The notes under the pieces were generated by a model that worked only from the letters and a program-made list of their open reading frames with translations, was not told the origin of the DNA and searched no databases. 64,000 nucleotides of DNA from the human T2T-CHM13v2.0 reference genome, Homo sapiens. Positions 1 through 14,100 of this stretch are shown piece by piece; positions within the stretch are counted from its first letter, which is position 1, and each line of letters starts with the position of its first letter. The position numbers and the translations under genes are program-made. The stretch is from NCBI RefSeq assembly GCF_009914755.1, contig NC_060930.1; one strand, written 5' to 3'.

Positions 1-110
1 TTCCATTTCAGCTGGTCAGATAAGAAGAAATGTGATAGCAAAAGATATGCAAGATGTTAATCTGCTCTTAAAAAAAAGAAACCAATATTTGACCTGAATT
101 GATACAAGTG

Positions 111-445
<335 letters not shown>

Positions 446-1185
446 TAATTTGGTTTAATCCCAAATGTCTACAGAGGTCACAGGACTTTACATATTTCTT
501 TGACTTCTTTCTCTACTGGATCATGTGTTATTGTAAAATTTCTTTATGTGTGATTAAACCCAGGGCAAGCCAGAGTCAATAAATCAGTTACATGTATGTG
601 ATATTGTTGATACACATTTTTAAAATTGCTTTTTAGAAAATCAACAAATTAAGGCACTTTGCAAATCCAATCTATTTTTCTTTTATAAAACAGGAAGGAA
701 TATTAGAAACACAGGAAGTTGAACATCTCAGTAAATGCCAAGAAGGAGATTGTGCCTTGGAGGAAAGGTTGGCATGGAGCCAGTATCCTTCTGTGCCCTT
801 GGTCTCACCAGACCCAGGGCCAGACCAATAAGAAAGAAGGGAAAAGGGAAATTAAAAGAAGCCAGAGATATGGACAGAAACAAGAGGAAGGAGAGAATGG
901 AAAAGAAGTTGAGAGGGAACAGAAAAGAAGTACACAGGTAGAATTGGTGGGTGAGCTGTGGAGAAACTGCAAACCGAGTGAAAGCCCTCTAACACTGAAA
1001 TGCAATAAGACTGCATTACTCCATCCCATGCTCAGCCCCAACCATGCCCATTTGGATAAAATGGATTCCATTTGGTAATGGTTGGCAATAACTGTCATTT
1101 CTGAAATGCCAAGGGCCCACATATACAACCAGTTGACACCTTTATAGTAGTATTTATAGCTCAGACACTTTAAAACATGACTGTG

Positions 1186-1523
1186 GGCTGGGCACAGTGG
1201 CTCATGTCTGTAATCCAAGCTCTTTGGGAGTCTGAGGCAGAAGGATCACTTGAGCCCAGGAGTTTGAGACCAGCCTGGGCAACCCAGTGAGAACTCATCT
1301 CTACAAAAAAAAGGTAAAAATTAGCTGGGCGTGGTGGCACATGTCTATAGTCCTTGCTACTAGGGAGGCTGAGGCAGGAGGATCACTTGAGCCTGGGAGA
1401 CAGAGGCTATAGGGAGCTGTGATTGCACACTGCACTCCAGCTGGACAGCAAAGTGAGACACTGTATCAAAATAAATAAATAAATAAATAAACAAACAAAC
1501 AAACAAACAAACAAACAAATAAA
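1186..1523 (+). mobile_element. AluJ-type SINE with (AAAT)n(AAAC)n tail
   Basis: Starts ggctgggcacagtggctca; AluJ-like ggatcacttgagcccaggagtttgag; microsatellite tail at about 1468-1523. Confidence 0.93.
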
Positions 1524-2061
1524 TGAACCTGTGGTAGAGTAGAGAATGTAGAGACAGAAGTTTATGTGGTAGGAAGGGGACATGTGATACGAGGTTGAAC
1601 AAGAGGCCCAAGTGGAGGGACACATAGGGCCATGTAGGTGTCCTGTTAACTCCATGGAGGAGGTTTCTGGGGATGTCCCAGGCCATGTTGCCTGAGAACA
1701 TGTCTGCCTGAGACTCATTCTATTCCTGAAAGTCTGAAACCATCAGTTGTATTCTTACATTGATTATGGTTCAATGGTATGGTTTCTCCGTATAAACGTC
1801 CTGGCCACCATTTAGAAATGATCCATAATTTCTTGTTTGGGTCTTAGTTTTTCCACTTATACAATTTTTTACTTATTTTATTTTCTATCTGCTTCACGGG
1901 CATATTAATGTGTATGGTTAACAAGCAATCATTAGCAGTTACCAAGTGAAAGACAAATGGCAGATGGAAACTTTTGATCTGTCCCACACACGTGTCTTGG
2001 TGAAGGTATTCAGGCCACTCCAGGGGCCAGTCTGGAAGCCATATCTGATCAGGTTAGGGCA

Positions 2062-2423
2062 TGATATAGTTTGGCTGTGTCCCCACCCAAGTGTCATCCT
2101 GAATCGTAGCTCCCACAATTCCCACATATTGTAGGAGGGACCTGCTGGGAGACAACTGAATAATGGGGGCAGTTTCCCCCATACTGTTCTCGTGGTAGTG
2201 AATAAGTCTCACGAGATCTGATTGTTTTATAAGAGGTTTCCCCTTTTGATTGCCTCTCATTTTCTCTTGCCTGCTGCCATGTAAGACATGCCTTTTGCCT
2301 TCCACCATGATTGTGAAGCCTCCCCAGCCACGTGGAACTGTGAGTCCATTAAACCTCTTTTTCTTTATAAATTACCTAGGCTTGGGTATGTCTTTATTAG
2401 CAGCATGAAAACAGACTAATACA
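2062..2423 (+). mobile_element. THE1-family (MaLR) solo LTR, THE1B/C-like
   Basis: tgatatagtttggctgtgtccccacccaa...acagactaataca termini. Perfect 5-bp TSD gggca (2057-2061, 2424-2428). Confidence 0.92.
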
Positions 2424-2619
2424 GGGCATCACACCCAAATTAGACCTGTTTCTCCTCTACTTCCATATGAACTCTGTAATGCTTTTCCTATTGCTGATAA
2501 CAACCTGGTTGCAGACCAACATGTTATATCAATGTTCTGTAAATAGGCACATGTTACATAAAGCACCACGGCATAAACCAGGTGATAATACATTGTAATG
2601 ACACTCTAAAAATGTAGTA

Positions 2620-2750
2620 ATCACTCAATAAAATCCTTAGCATCTGCTATATACCTCGAATTATACCAGAAGCTTTTAGGATATGAGCAAAAAAAAAAAA
2701 AAAAAAAAGACATAGACCCTGCTAAAAAGGAACTTACAATCCAGCTTGAA
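2620..2750 (-). mobile_element. L2 3' fragment containing an A20 run (2689-2708)
   Basis: Degenerate L2 motifs (gacatagaccctgct...aacttacaatccag). Confidence 0.5.
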
Positions 2751-5587
2751 GAAATAAAGCCCACACATAAAAAAATTAGGGAACAAGACCATATTCAGTT
2801 AAGTGCAAAAATTGAAAAGTATGCTCAATTAGCAAGCTAGAGGGTTTATTAGAAATAACAGTAGCTTAAAAACTTCCCTACTATAAAAACCATAGTTTAA
2901 GCCTGCTTTAACATTAGATCTGGTTTCCCACAACTGATTAACCTGAAAATGGTTTAGCACAACACTAATCCTTTAATTTAACAACCTATAAATGCCGTAT
3001 ATAACAAGTTCCACAGAGCCCTTTCTTGGATTCATAATGATAACCTGCATCTACCACACTATCCAATGTTCATTTTAATGAGCACCTCTGGACTTTAATG
3101 AACAATCTTAGGTCTAAGTGAGCATCAATTAAAGAGAAAATGCCTCCAAAGGTATAAATGGTGATGTATCATCTGGGTTAGCAGGGTTGAAAGGACACCT
3201 GTGAGCATCGTGAGGTTTGGATGGCAAGTGTGCCCCCTTGATCAGCAGCTCCCACCTCTGTCTGATACAGAGCGAAGCTGGGGCCTGGGATGAAAGAAGA
3301 AAGCCCCAGCACATAAATATTAGGGGAATGCTATAGAAGGAGGAATTCTGAAAGAAGAGAAATACATCTGAGCAACACAGAATTGCTGCAGAGTTACCTG
3401 CACGCATTCTTACAGTTTTCCAAGGACAAGAGGAGGGTATGGCATTAACCCGAGCCCCTGAATATGTCTAATTCTGTAGGCATGCAAATGAGAATTGGTC
3501 TGACTGACTTTGCGGCAGCAGCTGAGCCCTGCTAACTTCCCTTCAGAACTCAGCTTGGGCTAGCAAAGAAAAGACGCCCACTCACCCACCTACCCCAGCA
3601 GCTTTGCAGAAGTGCTGCAGGGTGAAGACAATGAAGAAAGGCAAGGCTGAAGAAAGCCGAGGCATTCTGCCCTCTCCCAGCAAAGACAGCCTGGACGTGT
3701 TCAGACCCTATCGCCGCATCAAAAGAAGAACACCAAGGAGAAAGGAGTCACAAAAGCTCTGGCATGATCAGGAAGGCACCTGGATTTGAAAAGGATATAT
3801 TATTGCCCAAGCTTAACTTCACTGATTTCCATGACTAAGCCACTTGACAGAAAACTCCTTTTTTTCAATTTAAACTTTAAGAACTACAGCTCTGTTACTT
3901 AGAATCCAAAGCAAATATCATCAGGACAAGTGTCTCTGAGGAAACAGCTGTCAACAACTCTGCAATTCCTTTATCCACTACATGCTAACACCCATCCTGA
4001 GCCCAGCGAATGTCCTTCTATGCCTGGTTACAAAGATTGGGGCATTACAAAAATTCATCATTCCCCCTTCTCTCACCCTGATAATCACAGTAGTTTCTGG
4101 GGGACCTAGATGGAACCCTTTATTAAATTTTGGAACATGAGAAAGGCTGGGTGGTACCCACTTGTCATTTGTAAGTGAGTGCTGGATAATTTCCATCAGA
4201 CCACAATGCTTGTATCTTTATTTTTTTTTTTCCTGCTCATTGCCTTCCTATGATACTAATTTAAGAGTTCTTTCAAACCCAAATTTAGCTCTGTGTGCCC
4301 ACCTAGATTGCTCTGGGAATTGAAATAGTCCAAGCTATTTGCTTTGGAAAATATACTCCATTGTGAATGAAAGGCCTATGGCCAAGGTGTTTCCTTCTGG
4401 CACAAGAAAAGAGAAAAGACAGAACAGGGAAGGGGCAGGGGGAAGTCTGATAAAAATGGACTATCTGTTCAATTACCTACAGATTTCCCACTGGGCTTTA
4501 CTTTAGAAAGTTGTACAGGTTAATGCTATCCACAAGCCCTGGGCACTGGTGCCCCATGGCACAGCTGCCTGCGGGATGGCACATGGTACACTAATAGCAC
4601 ACTTATTATTAGATTTTCTGCATGGTTACATAAGCCTACAAAAGGGAAAAATGTAAATGATTCAAGAAGATATTCTTCATGCGGTTCTCATGAAATCTTT
4701 AATATCTTAAGACTTAGGAAGAACTCTCCTGGCAAGATACGATCAATTTTCATGCTTCATTAGGAAAAAAGCCCTTTCAGTAATGTTACAGAAATGGCTA
4801 TAGGCAAAAGAGAGAAAAAAATTACACTCTGGACTGAACAAAACCCCAAGGCACTTTGGACTAAATCCTTTCTTTGTACCCACAGCATATCTGAAAGGAG
4901 AAGCAATGCTCACTTGGGGTGTGTGGGGATTGTATTTTGACTAGTCTGTCTACCCACAGAATTTCATTTAATCTAGGTGGAGTTGTTATCAATCTGTTTA
5001 GTCTTTCACAAATTTGAAGGGACTGTAGCTTAAACCAACAATCACCCTCAAAGCATTGCAATGATATGAAGGAAACAGCTGACATGGGGCCTGTGGAGGT
5101 GGGAAAATGGTGGATTGGAGAGAGGCCATATACACTTGAATTTCTGCAAAGGCAGAGGCAAATTATGTCACCTTCCCGCTTTCCTTTTCATTTAAAATCT
5201 ACAGCTTTTCAAGACAATTTCCCTTTATTTCAGGAGAATCGAGAATACAAAAATAAATGTCTTAAGCACACCATTTACATTATTTTTTTCTGACACTTGA
5301 ATAGTTGACAAACTCTGAAATCACTTCTTTTAAACCTAATGTTGATACCAAATTCTACTTTTTGGACTCAAAAAAACAGTCTTTAGAATTGTTCAATTTA
5401 AAAGCCTTGTCATACTGTAGTTATATATACTCAAGGAAGTTATTGTATGCAGAGAGCTGCAGACATTCTTGAAAGGTAAGGAGTATACAAAGATATAACC
5501 TGCAGGAACCTAGCAATCTAGCTTCAAAATGGTTTCATTCATTCATTCATTCACACGAGCACTTCCATCAATTTACTTTCAGTATCC

Positions 5588-5827
5588 CTCATATATGGGA
5601 TTAGTGCCCATCTATAAGGGACCCCAGAGAGCGACCTTGCTCCTTCCACCATGTGAGGACACACCAAGAAGGTGTCATCTATGAACCAAAAAAATCAAAC
5701 CTCACCAAATCCTGAAGCTGCTGGCACCTTGATCTTGGACTTCCCAGCCACCAGCACTGTGAGAAATGTATTTCTGTTGTTTATAAGTTTACGGTATTTT
5801 GCTTAGCAGTCCAAATGGACTAAGACA
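5588..5827 (+). mobile_element. MLT1A-type MaLR LTR, 3' portion
   Basis: ccttccaccatgtgaggacaca...gctggcaccttgatcttggacttcccagcc...aatggactaagaca. Confidence 0.85.
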
Positions 5828-6089
5828 CTGCCAAAAGCCAAAAATACATCCACCTCAAAGGAAGAAAAGTTTGAAACCATTCAACTGGAGTGAATGTGGC
5901 ACACTCTTGTTCTCTGCCTGGGAGAACAAGTCACCTGATATGAGCCTGCTTTTCTGTGTGAAGAATGTACAGAGTTTGAAAAGATCCTTCTTCTTCCCTC
6001 ATCCTTCCCATTGCTGTGCACCTTCATGGGTCATACAGGTTATATGAGGGTCCGGAGGGTCAGAGCTGAACAGGCTACAGCCGCTGTTC

Positions 6090-6440
6090 ACCAAGAGCCC
6101 ATGGTCTCGCGGGGAGACAGACACCAAGAAACCATCACAGCTCACTGGGATTAGTGCTCCACTGGGGGTAGCTGAATGGTGCTCTAAGAGCAGAGAGGAA
6201 CAAGACTATGTCTGTACGCCTGTGTGCACAGGAGCGGGTGGTGTGAGGTGGCTGCTGACAGGAATGTGGCACAGAGAAGACAAGATGTAAGCTGAATCCT
6301 GAAAGATGAGCAAAGCAGTTACCAAAGACAGAAGGGCAGCATTTGCATAAACGCTGAAAAATGCTTGTAAAACTATGGCGGCATAGCATAAGCACACGCA
6401 GTGTTTGGGAGAATGGCCAGTGATTTGCTAAGGCTCCACC
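6090..6440 (-). mobile_element. L2 fragment
   Basis: Degenerate L2 motifs (ggggagacagac, gctgaatcctgaaagatgag). Confidence 0.5.
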
Positions 6441-6859
6441 AGGTCTTTCAGGGTTAGAACAGAGCATCATCACACATAACAGCACGTGTATGTAATATGA
6501 CAAGCAATTGAGCTCCATTTGGGAAACTAGAGCTCTAAGCGCCTTCTGCCTACTTCATGGCAAGGAGGGCCATCTCGGGCACCACCAGCCCTCTATGGCA
6601 GCCATGGGGCTCGTTCATATCCTCCTGGCCCACCACAACCTGTGTGCAGGTACTCAGGCCACACTGCTTCCCTTTGTCTATGCCAGGTGGCCTTATTCTT
6701 CAAAGCTCTGGCCAAGTTCTAATTCTTGCACGTGCCTTACTTGCTAACTCCTACCCAGCAACTCAGAACATTAACTGATTGTACCACTCCCCTGGTCTGT
6801 CCTAACTCAGATACTGCCTTGTGTCATAAAAGCAACATACCTTAGATTTAGATACCATG

Positions 6860-7074
6860 CTATGACTTACCAAGTACTTTATAATATACATTATACCCTT
6901 AATATCCCCAGTAATTCTTTCAGATAGGCGTTAGGCCCACTTTTTAGATCAGTAAACTCAGGCTCATGTAGGTTAAGGGAAGTTCCCAGGAGCACAGAAT
7001 ATGTAACTTGTGGAGCCAGGACTAGAAAACAAATCTACAGATTCTATGAACAGTGCTCTTCCATTACACCACTG
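6860..7074 (-). mobile_element. MIR SINE
   Basis: MIR core-like aaactcaggctca...ggttaagggaagttccca...ggagccaggact...tgctcttccattacaccac. Confidence 0.65.
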
Positions 7075-7090
7075 GGCCCCTCTCTTGACT

Positions 7091-7091
<1 letters not shown>

Positions 7092-7121
<30 letters not shown>

Positions 7122-7403
7122 GAGACAGGGTCTCACTCTGTCACCGAGGCTGGAGTGCAGTGGTGCAATCACGGCTCACCGCAGCCTTGACTGCCCTGGC
7201 TGAAATATCCTCCCACCTCAGCCTCCTGAGTAGCTGGGACTACAGGTGCACACCACCACCCCTGGCTAATTTTTTAACTTTTTTGTAAAGACAAAGTCTC
7301 ACTATATTTCCCAGGCTGGTCTCAAACTCCTGGGTTCAAGCAGTCCTCCCACCTCAGCTTCCCAAAATGCTGGGAGTATAGGCATGAGCACAGTGCCCAG
7401 ACC
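7092..7403 (-). mobile_element. AluJ-type SINE with (TTTA)n tail
   Basis: Reverse-complement Alu dimer. TSD ctcttgactt (7082-7091, 7406-7415). Confidence 0.92.
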
Positions 7404-7434
7404 TCCTCTTGACTTATTAAGTTATTATGATGCC

Positions 7435-7971
7435 GATTCAGCAAGCCCACTACTGGGTATCTACCCAGAGGAAAATAAGTCATTATTCGAAAAAGATACT
7501 TGCACACGCATGTTTATAGCAGCACAATTCACAATTGCAAAATCATGGAACCAACCCAAATGCCCATCAATTGAGTGGATAAAGGAACTGTGGTACATAT
7601 ATATGATGGAATACTACTCAGCCATAAAAAGGAATGAATTAACAGCATTTGCAGTGACCTGGATGAGATTGGAGACTATTATTCTAAGTGAAGTAACTCA
7701 AGAATGGAAAACCAAACATCATATGTTCTCACTGATATGTGAGAGCTAAGCTATGAGGATGCAAAGGCATAAGAATGATACAGCGGACTTTGGGCACTTA
7801 GGGGGAAGAGTGGGAGTGGGGAGAGGGATAAAAGACTGCAAATATGGTGCAGTGTATACTGCTCAGGTGATGGGTGCACCAAAATCTCACAAATCGCCAC
7901 TAAAGAACTTATGTAACCAAATACCACCTGTATCCCAATAACTTACGGAAAAATAAAATAAAAATTTTAAG
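7435..7971 (+). mobile_element. 5'-truncated L1 (L1PB1-like): end of ORF2, 3' UTR and A-rich tail
   Basis: Translation LLGIYPEE...CTRMFIAAQFTIAKSWNQPKCPS...YYSAIKRNE...MFSL matches the L1 ORF2p C-terminus, followed by an L1PB-type 3' UTR. 16-bp TSD aagttattatgatgcc (7419-7434) / aagttattattatgcc (7972-7987). Confidence 0.92.
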
Positions 7972-8119
7972 AAGTTATTATTATGCCACTTATTTTGAAT
8001 AAGTACACGTTTTACCCTTGTGATGCAACGCAACTGAAGAATGACCTACTATCAATTCTATTCCTTTGTGTCCTCCATGACACTCTAGAACAGTGCTATG
8101 CAAGCAGAAAGTAACAGCT

Positions 8120-8270
8120 TATTCATTCATTCATTCAATAACCATACACTGAACATCCAGGAAGTGCTAACCAGGTACTGCACTAGGTATTAGGGAAACA
8201 GAGATGAGTAAAATTCAGTTGAGACTCCATGTCTTGTTGGGAACCAGGCACGTGTAGAGGTCACTCTTAC
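8120..8270 (-). mobile_element. L2 3' end
   Basis: (attc)n tail followed by ccaggtactgcactaggtattagggaaacagagatgagtaa. Confidence 0.6.
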
Positions 8271-9369
8271 GCAGGTAATAAATGACTCTACAGAGGCATC
8301 AGCAAGACGCTGGAAGGAGAAATAAGTCAGCAGCAACTCACTCTGCAAAGAAGTGTACAGGAAGCTCTAGATGGGTCATTTTTGAACATATCCTCAAGAT
8401 GAGTTTTGAAAGGATAAACTCAATAAGTGGCTTAAAAAGTAAGAAAAGAGGAAGGAAAGGAAAACAAGAAAGAAGGAACAAAATAGGAAACTTAGGTGGG
8501 TCCACATGGACTGTACACATCCACCCAGCAGGCTATAGAATGTTTCTCTCCCAAGGGCAATGAATTGGTTTAGCCACAGGATTTTCTTCAAAGGAGGTCC
8601 TCAACATGCCAGCGGGTACTTCCCTGATTTTGGTCAGGATGCAATCCAGGTGTACATCACTGGCTTGTGACATCTGTAATCTGCTCAGATCACAGATGCG
8701 CAGAAACAAGGCATCAGATTCCCTCTGCTTAGAACAGAAGCCAGGAGAAGGGGCTGAATACATGCATCTTTAAGATTCATACCCACGGAACAGAGACTCT
8801 CCTAGTCATCTGTTCACAAACTTTCAGTGAGTGTCTACTATATGCCAGGCAGACCACAGTGCAAAAAATTAAGCTTAATAACCCTTAAATATCATTCTCT
8901 GGTTCCAGGCCTCTTCAGAAGCTTGGCTATTTATTATCTAATATTCTTGTGAGTTCCTGTGTCTGGATTTCTGTGTTTAGGCTCTTTTAGGGAGATAGTA
9001 AGGAACTGGCATCCATGTGACTTTTTTTTTTTTTTAAAAGCCTTCTCTGCCTGAAAATGCCAGACACATTTCAGATGTCAAAACTAACGTGGCATTCAGG
9101 GTGGGTGACTGATCCATGTGAGTGCTCTTAAGTGGGTGTAGAAGCCTGTCTGGCTCATTGTCTTTTCTGCACACGCGCATTCAAATGTGCACAGGCTTGT
9201 AGGCCATAAATAGCTCTTAGGGGAGTGTGAGATTACATCACAGACTCAAGAGGGCCCCGTTACCTCAAATCAGTGAATGCTTGACACTCATCTCCCCAAA
9301 AAGGCATGCTGTTGAAAATGCAGATACTAGACTCACCCTGACCCCCAAAAAACTACCACTGGCAGGCAT

Positions 9370-10092
9370 TGTTATGGGCTGAATTCTGTCCCTCCAAATT
9401 TATATATTGACATCCTGACCCCTAATACCTCTGAATGTGAACTTACTTGGAAATAGGGTTGTTGCAGATATAATTAGTTAAGATGAGGTCATCCTGGAGG
9501 AGAGGGGTTCCTAATCTGACAGAACTGGTGTCCTTGTGAAAAGGGGAAATGTGGGCTGGGCGCGGTGGCTCACGCCTGTAATCCCAGCACTTTGGGAGGT
9601 CGAGGCAGGCGGATCATGAGGTCAGGAGTTCGAGACCAGTCTAGCCAACATGGCGAAACCCTGTCTCTACTATTACAAAAATTAGCCTGGCGTGGTGGCG
9701 GGCGCCTATAATTCCAGCTACTCGGGAGAATGAGGGAGGAGAATCTCTTGAACCTGGGAGGCAGAGGTTGCAGTAAGTGAGATCGCACCACTGCACCCCA
9801 GCCTGGGTGACAGAGCAAGACTCCATCATGAAAAAAAAAGGGGGAAATGTGGACTCAGGCACACAGGCAGAGTGCTCTGTGAGGACTGGAGTGACAGAGC
9901 CACATGCTAAGGAGCCACCAGAAGCTAGGGAGTGACCTGGAACAGATCCTTCCCGAGCATCTTCACAGGGAGCATGGCCCTGCCCACACCTTGATCTCTG
10001 ACTTCCAGGCCCCCCAGCTGTGAGACACTCAATGTCTGTTAAGTCACCCAGTTTCTGGCACTTTGTAATGGCAGCCCTGGAAAAATATTACA
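9370..10092 (+). mobile_element. MLT1C-like MaLR solo LTR interrupted by an Alu
   Basis: tgttatgggctgaattctgtcc...gcagccctggaaaaatattaca. Perfect 5-bp TSD ggcat (9365-9369, 10093-10097). Confidence 0.88.
9554..9839 (+). mobile_element. AluS (AluSg-like) nested in the MLT1C LTR
   Basis: Full dimer; ggatcatgaggtcaggagttcgag; TSD ggggaaatgtg on both sides. Confidence 0.95.
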
Positions 10093-10601
10093 GGCATATA
10101 ATGCCGTTTGTGTGTGAAGGAATGACTTCATCATCCAGTGGCTGGAATTTAATTATGATGTGATGCTATCAACAACATTCACTTCCTCTTCACATATATT
10201 GTGCCCCTCACCTGACTGCAAAATTCCCATTGCAAGTTAAGACAGGTGCCTTACACAGTGACCTGAGCTGCCTCTCTTCCAGAAGGGACAACTCTGCCAG
10301 TCAGGTTATCCACAGTGAACATTACAGCAGACTCCACTATTTCTCAGGTATCTACGTTTGGTAGATACTTCTCCTGCTCCTTGAGAAGTCCCCAGTGGTC
10401 AGTCATGGAGAGTTATTATTAAAGTACCCAATCTAAGAGCCACTGACGTTTCTATACTGATGTATGTCTACATTTATAGATTTAGACATGGAGTTATACA
10501 GAATGAAAGTTTATTCAAATAGATAAAAACATCCCAAATTGAAGTTCCACTAACTAGTAATTGGCTATTAGTAATTCTACCCAAAACAAATTAATAATTC
10601 A

Positions 10602-11024
<423 letters not shown>

Positions 11025-11269
11025 ATTCCCTTGGAAGGTTTTGCTTTTTTAGAAATAAGATTAGCTAAGAAAATTAATAATGCAAAGAAGTTAGGGGTGG
11101 GTGGGGTGAGAGAACAGGAATATTTAAACTATTTTTTTAAATCCAAAATTGTTTTAAAATAGTTTATCCCATTTCCATTCCTCCATAACAATGAAGATGC
11201 TGACTTTCAACGTCTGTTACTGTAGCCTAGGTAGAGTGAAGGGTGGTCATCCAAGACTCACATCTAGAG

Positions 11270-11385
11270 CAGGGGTGTCCAATCTTTTGGCTTCCCTGGG
11301 CCACACTGGAAGGAGAAAAATTGTCTTGGGCTGCACATAAAAGACACTATCACTAATGACAGCTGATGAGCTAAAAAAAAAATAA
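11270..11385 (+). mobile_element. MER30 (hAT-Charlie) 5' half
   Basis: caggggtgtccaatcttttggcttccctgggccacactggaagg...agctgatgagctaaaaaaa. Confidence 0.85.
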
Positions 11386-12979
11386 ATAAACTTGCAAGTC
11401 TTGGCCAAGTGTTCCTGGGAAGGCCTGGATGGCAGAGGTGAATGGGAGGGGGGGAGTGGGGAGGGTGGAAGTGGGGAGTAGGGAGCATGGCACCATGCTC
11501 AGAAAGACTCCCTGAAAGCCTTGTTACTCCTCTCTGTCCCAAGTTCCCTTTTCCCAGGACGATTGCTCTTCCTCCCATCTCGCCCTCCTCTCTTACAGGT
11601 CCCTATAATGGCTGTTCTTATGTTCCCCACTCCCTACCCCGCACCATATCTTCTCTTAAGGAGGAATTTGGCCTAATCTAAGTTTAATCATTAACCTTTC
11701 TGACCTCACAAGGAATAGCAAGCTAAATAAGCACAGAACTTGTCCTCCTTAGATGGTGAGGAAAGAGAATTGTAAATGTTTATGACTTGCTATATTTTTC
11801 TTTAATTCATGGAACATTTTATATTAATGTAAAAAGAACTGGGAGGACTGTTGGGAATACTCTGTCATACCAGCATCATTCCACTTGAGCCCTTTATGCT
11901 ATAATATTAAATGTAGTTATATATTTCCTATTTTCCTTCTTTTCAAACTATAAAACTTAGTCTTTCACGTAATGGGAGAGGCGATAGAATATGGTGCTTA
12001 TGGTAAATGCTCAATATATTTATCTATTATTAATGATAATACTGGATTTATACTGAAATAATTCACCACTTATTAAAACACAATTCTTAAAATATAAGTT
12101 GCCCTTCCCCGCCACACACACTTTTCTGTTTGTGGTCATTAGATCATGCTACTAACGGCTTTGCCTAAACAATTTATTCATTTAACATCTACACACCAGG
12201 CACCCAGCTAGTCTGGGGACAAAAACGGGTAAGACAGCATCTTTTCTGCCCCAAAGGGATGATGGAATGGAGGCACGAGGACATTACTTTGACATGGGGC
12301 ACTCCTTTGGCCAATGAAGTAAAGGTCAGTGAGTGAACACACAAAGAAATGATTAACCTGTCATAGAAAAGGTCATGAATGTAGTGCCAGCTACAGGATA
12401 CTTCACTTTGCTCTCATGAGATTTGGTCAGTGAAGGAATTATCCGTGTAAAGAGAAAATCAGGAGCAACCTTGCCAGCCTGTGAACAAAAGACTAGCCAA
12501 TGCCACTTCTTACCAGCAAGGTCCAAACAGTCATGCCAAGGTTATGTGGGGTATGTAGAATGTGTTCTCTCTGTACCCTGTCTTGAATTCTATTTTGCAC
12601 ATCCAGGAAAGCCAAGAAACGCATGCACCTGATTGCAACATATATAGTCATATTTTGATACCACAGTTTGGATGGCAAGATTATTCAATCCTTTTTCCTA
12701 TCAGAGAGCTTCATCTGTTTTCTCTGACTTCTCCATGGATCCACAACAGTCAATGCTTTAAAAAATACTCAGGACATGGACCAATACAAAAATAAAGGTA
12801 ATCGTGATTAAACAACTGAACATGGAATAAGGCCACAGAAGGTTCTCTAAAAAGAGTATCTGACCTTGCTCAGACTGGTGTGACCATGAGATATGAGATG
12901 GAACAAATGGCACAGATAGCAAGGAATGCAGGTGTGTGGTATCTCTTCATATTCATTCCCACTTCAGTTCAGCCTAATA

Positions 12980-14100
12980 CTTCATTCACCAAATGAGTGA
13001 TCACCAACTGCCTACTATGCATCAGACATATAAAACAGACGATCTAAAAGACACAGTTCCTGTTCTCAAGGAGCTCCATTGATATGGTTGGCATTTGTGT
13101 CCCCACCCAAATCTCATGTCAAATTGTAATCCCCAGTGTTTGGAGGAAGGGCCTGGTGGGAGATGACTGGATCACGGGCTTAGATTTCTCCCTCTCTGTT
13201 CTCATGATAGTGAGTTCTCATGAGATCTGGTTGTTTAAAACTGTGTAGCACCTCCCCTTTCCCTTCCTCCTGCTCCAGCCACGTAGGACGTGCTGGCTTC
13301 CCCTTCTCCTTCTGCCATGATTGTAAGTTTCCTGAGGCCTCCCCAGCCATGTTTCCTGTACAGCCTGTGGAAACATGAGCCAATTAAACCTCTTTTCTTT
13401 ACACATTATCCAGTCTCAGGTAGTTCTCATAGCAATGTGAGAAGAGACTAATACATCTGTATCCAGTGTGCAGAGATGGTCAAGAGAACAGACACTAAAA
13501 ATCTTACATATGAGTTTCATGGGTGGGAAGCACAGAGTGGCTCAGTGAGACCAGGAGGGAAAAGTTAGGGTGGGCTCCTTGGAGCTGATGGCAGGGTTGA
13601 GTTTTGAAGAGTACACAGGAATGTGTGACTGCATGTGATGTGAGAGGGAACATTGTCTAGACAGAGGAGGGAGCTCATGCAGAGTCACATAAGGGGACAT
13701 GCCACATTCAGGGAAGCACAAGTATGGCATGCCAGGAGGGGAGGAAGGAGGTAACGAGTGCCCTTCTCTCCCCAAGATATCTCTTGAAGGTATGGAGAAT
13801 CTCAGAAGGGTTAGGCAGGAACATTTTTTGATTAAAAATGTCACTCTGGTCATAGAGTAGAAGATGGATGAGAAGGGACCAGGTTCTACAGGCAAGGCAA
13901 ACAGTCGGGAGGAACTTGCTGCAATGCCACTGAGCTGTCATCAGGTTTGGCCTGCTGCAGGGGCAGTAAGCATGGAGAAGAGGAGGCGGACAGGGGAGAT
14001 GTCCCAGGCAGACTCAGCACCAAGGCTGCTGAATGGCTGGGCAGGGGCACATGGAGGAACAGCATAGGGGCTTCTGGCTTGGCTAGTGCCATTTGCACAA
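12980..14100 (-). mobile_element. Degenerate L2 fragment interrupted by the MSTA LTR
   Basis: ttcattcaccaaa...acacagttcctgttctcaaggagctc before the LTR; ttgagttttgaagagt, aaaatgtcactctgg after it. Confidence 0.5.
13080..13455 (+). mobile_element. MSTA-type MaLR solo LTR
   Basis: tgatatggttggcatttgtgtccccacccaaatctcatgtcaaattgtaatcccca...gagactaataca. Degenerate TSD tccat/tctgt. Confidence 0.9.

Noticed and set aside
719-1078. 119-aa K/E/R-rich ORF
   Set aside because: Results from a purine-rich low-complexity tract that is poor in stop codons.
10348-10368. 8-bp hairpin gtatctac/gtagatac (also a 9-bp hairpin at 61895-61915)
   Set aside because: Stems of 8-9 bp with short loops are expected several times by chance in 64 kb of AT-rich DNA.
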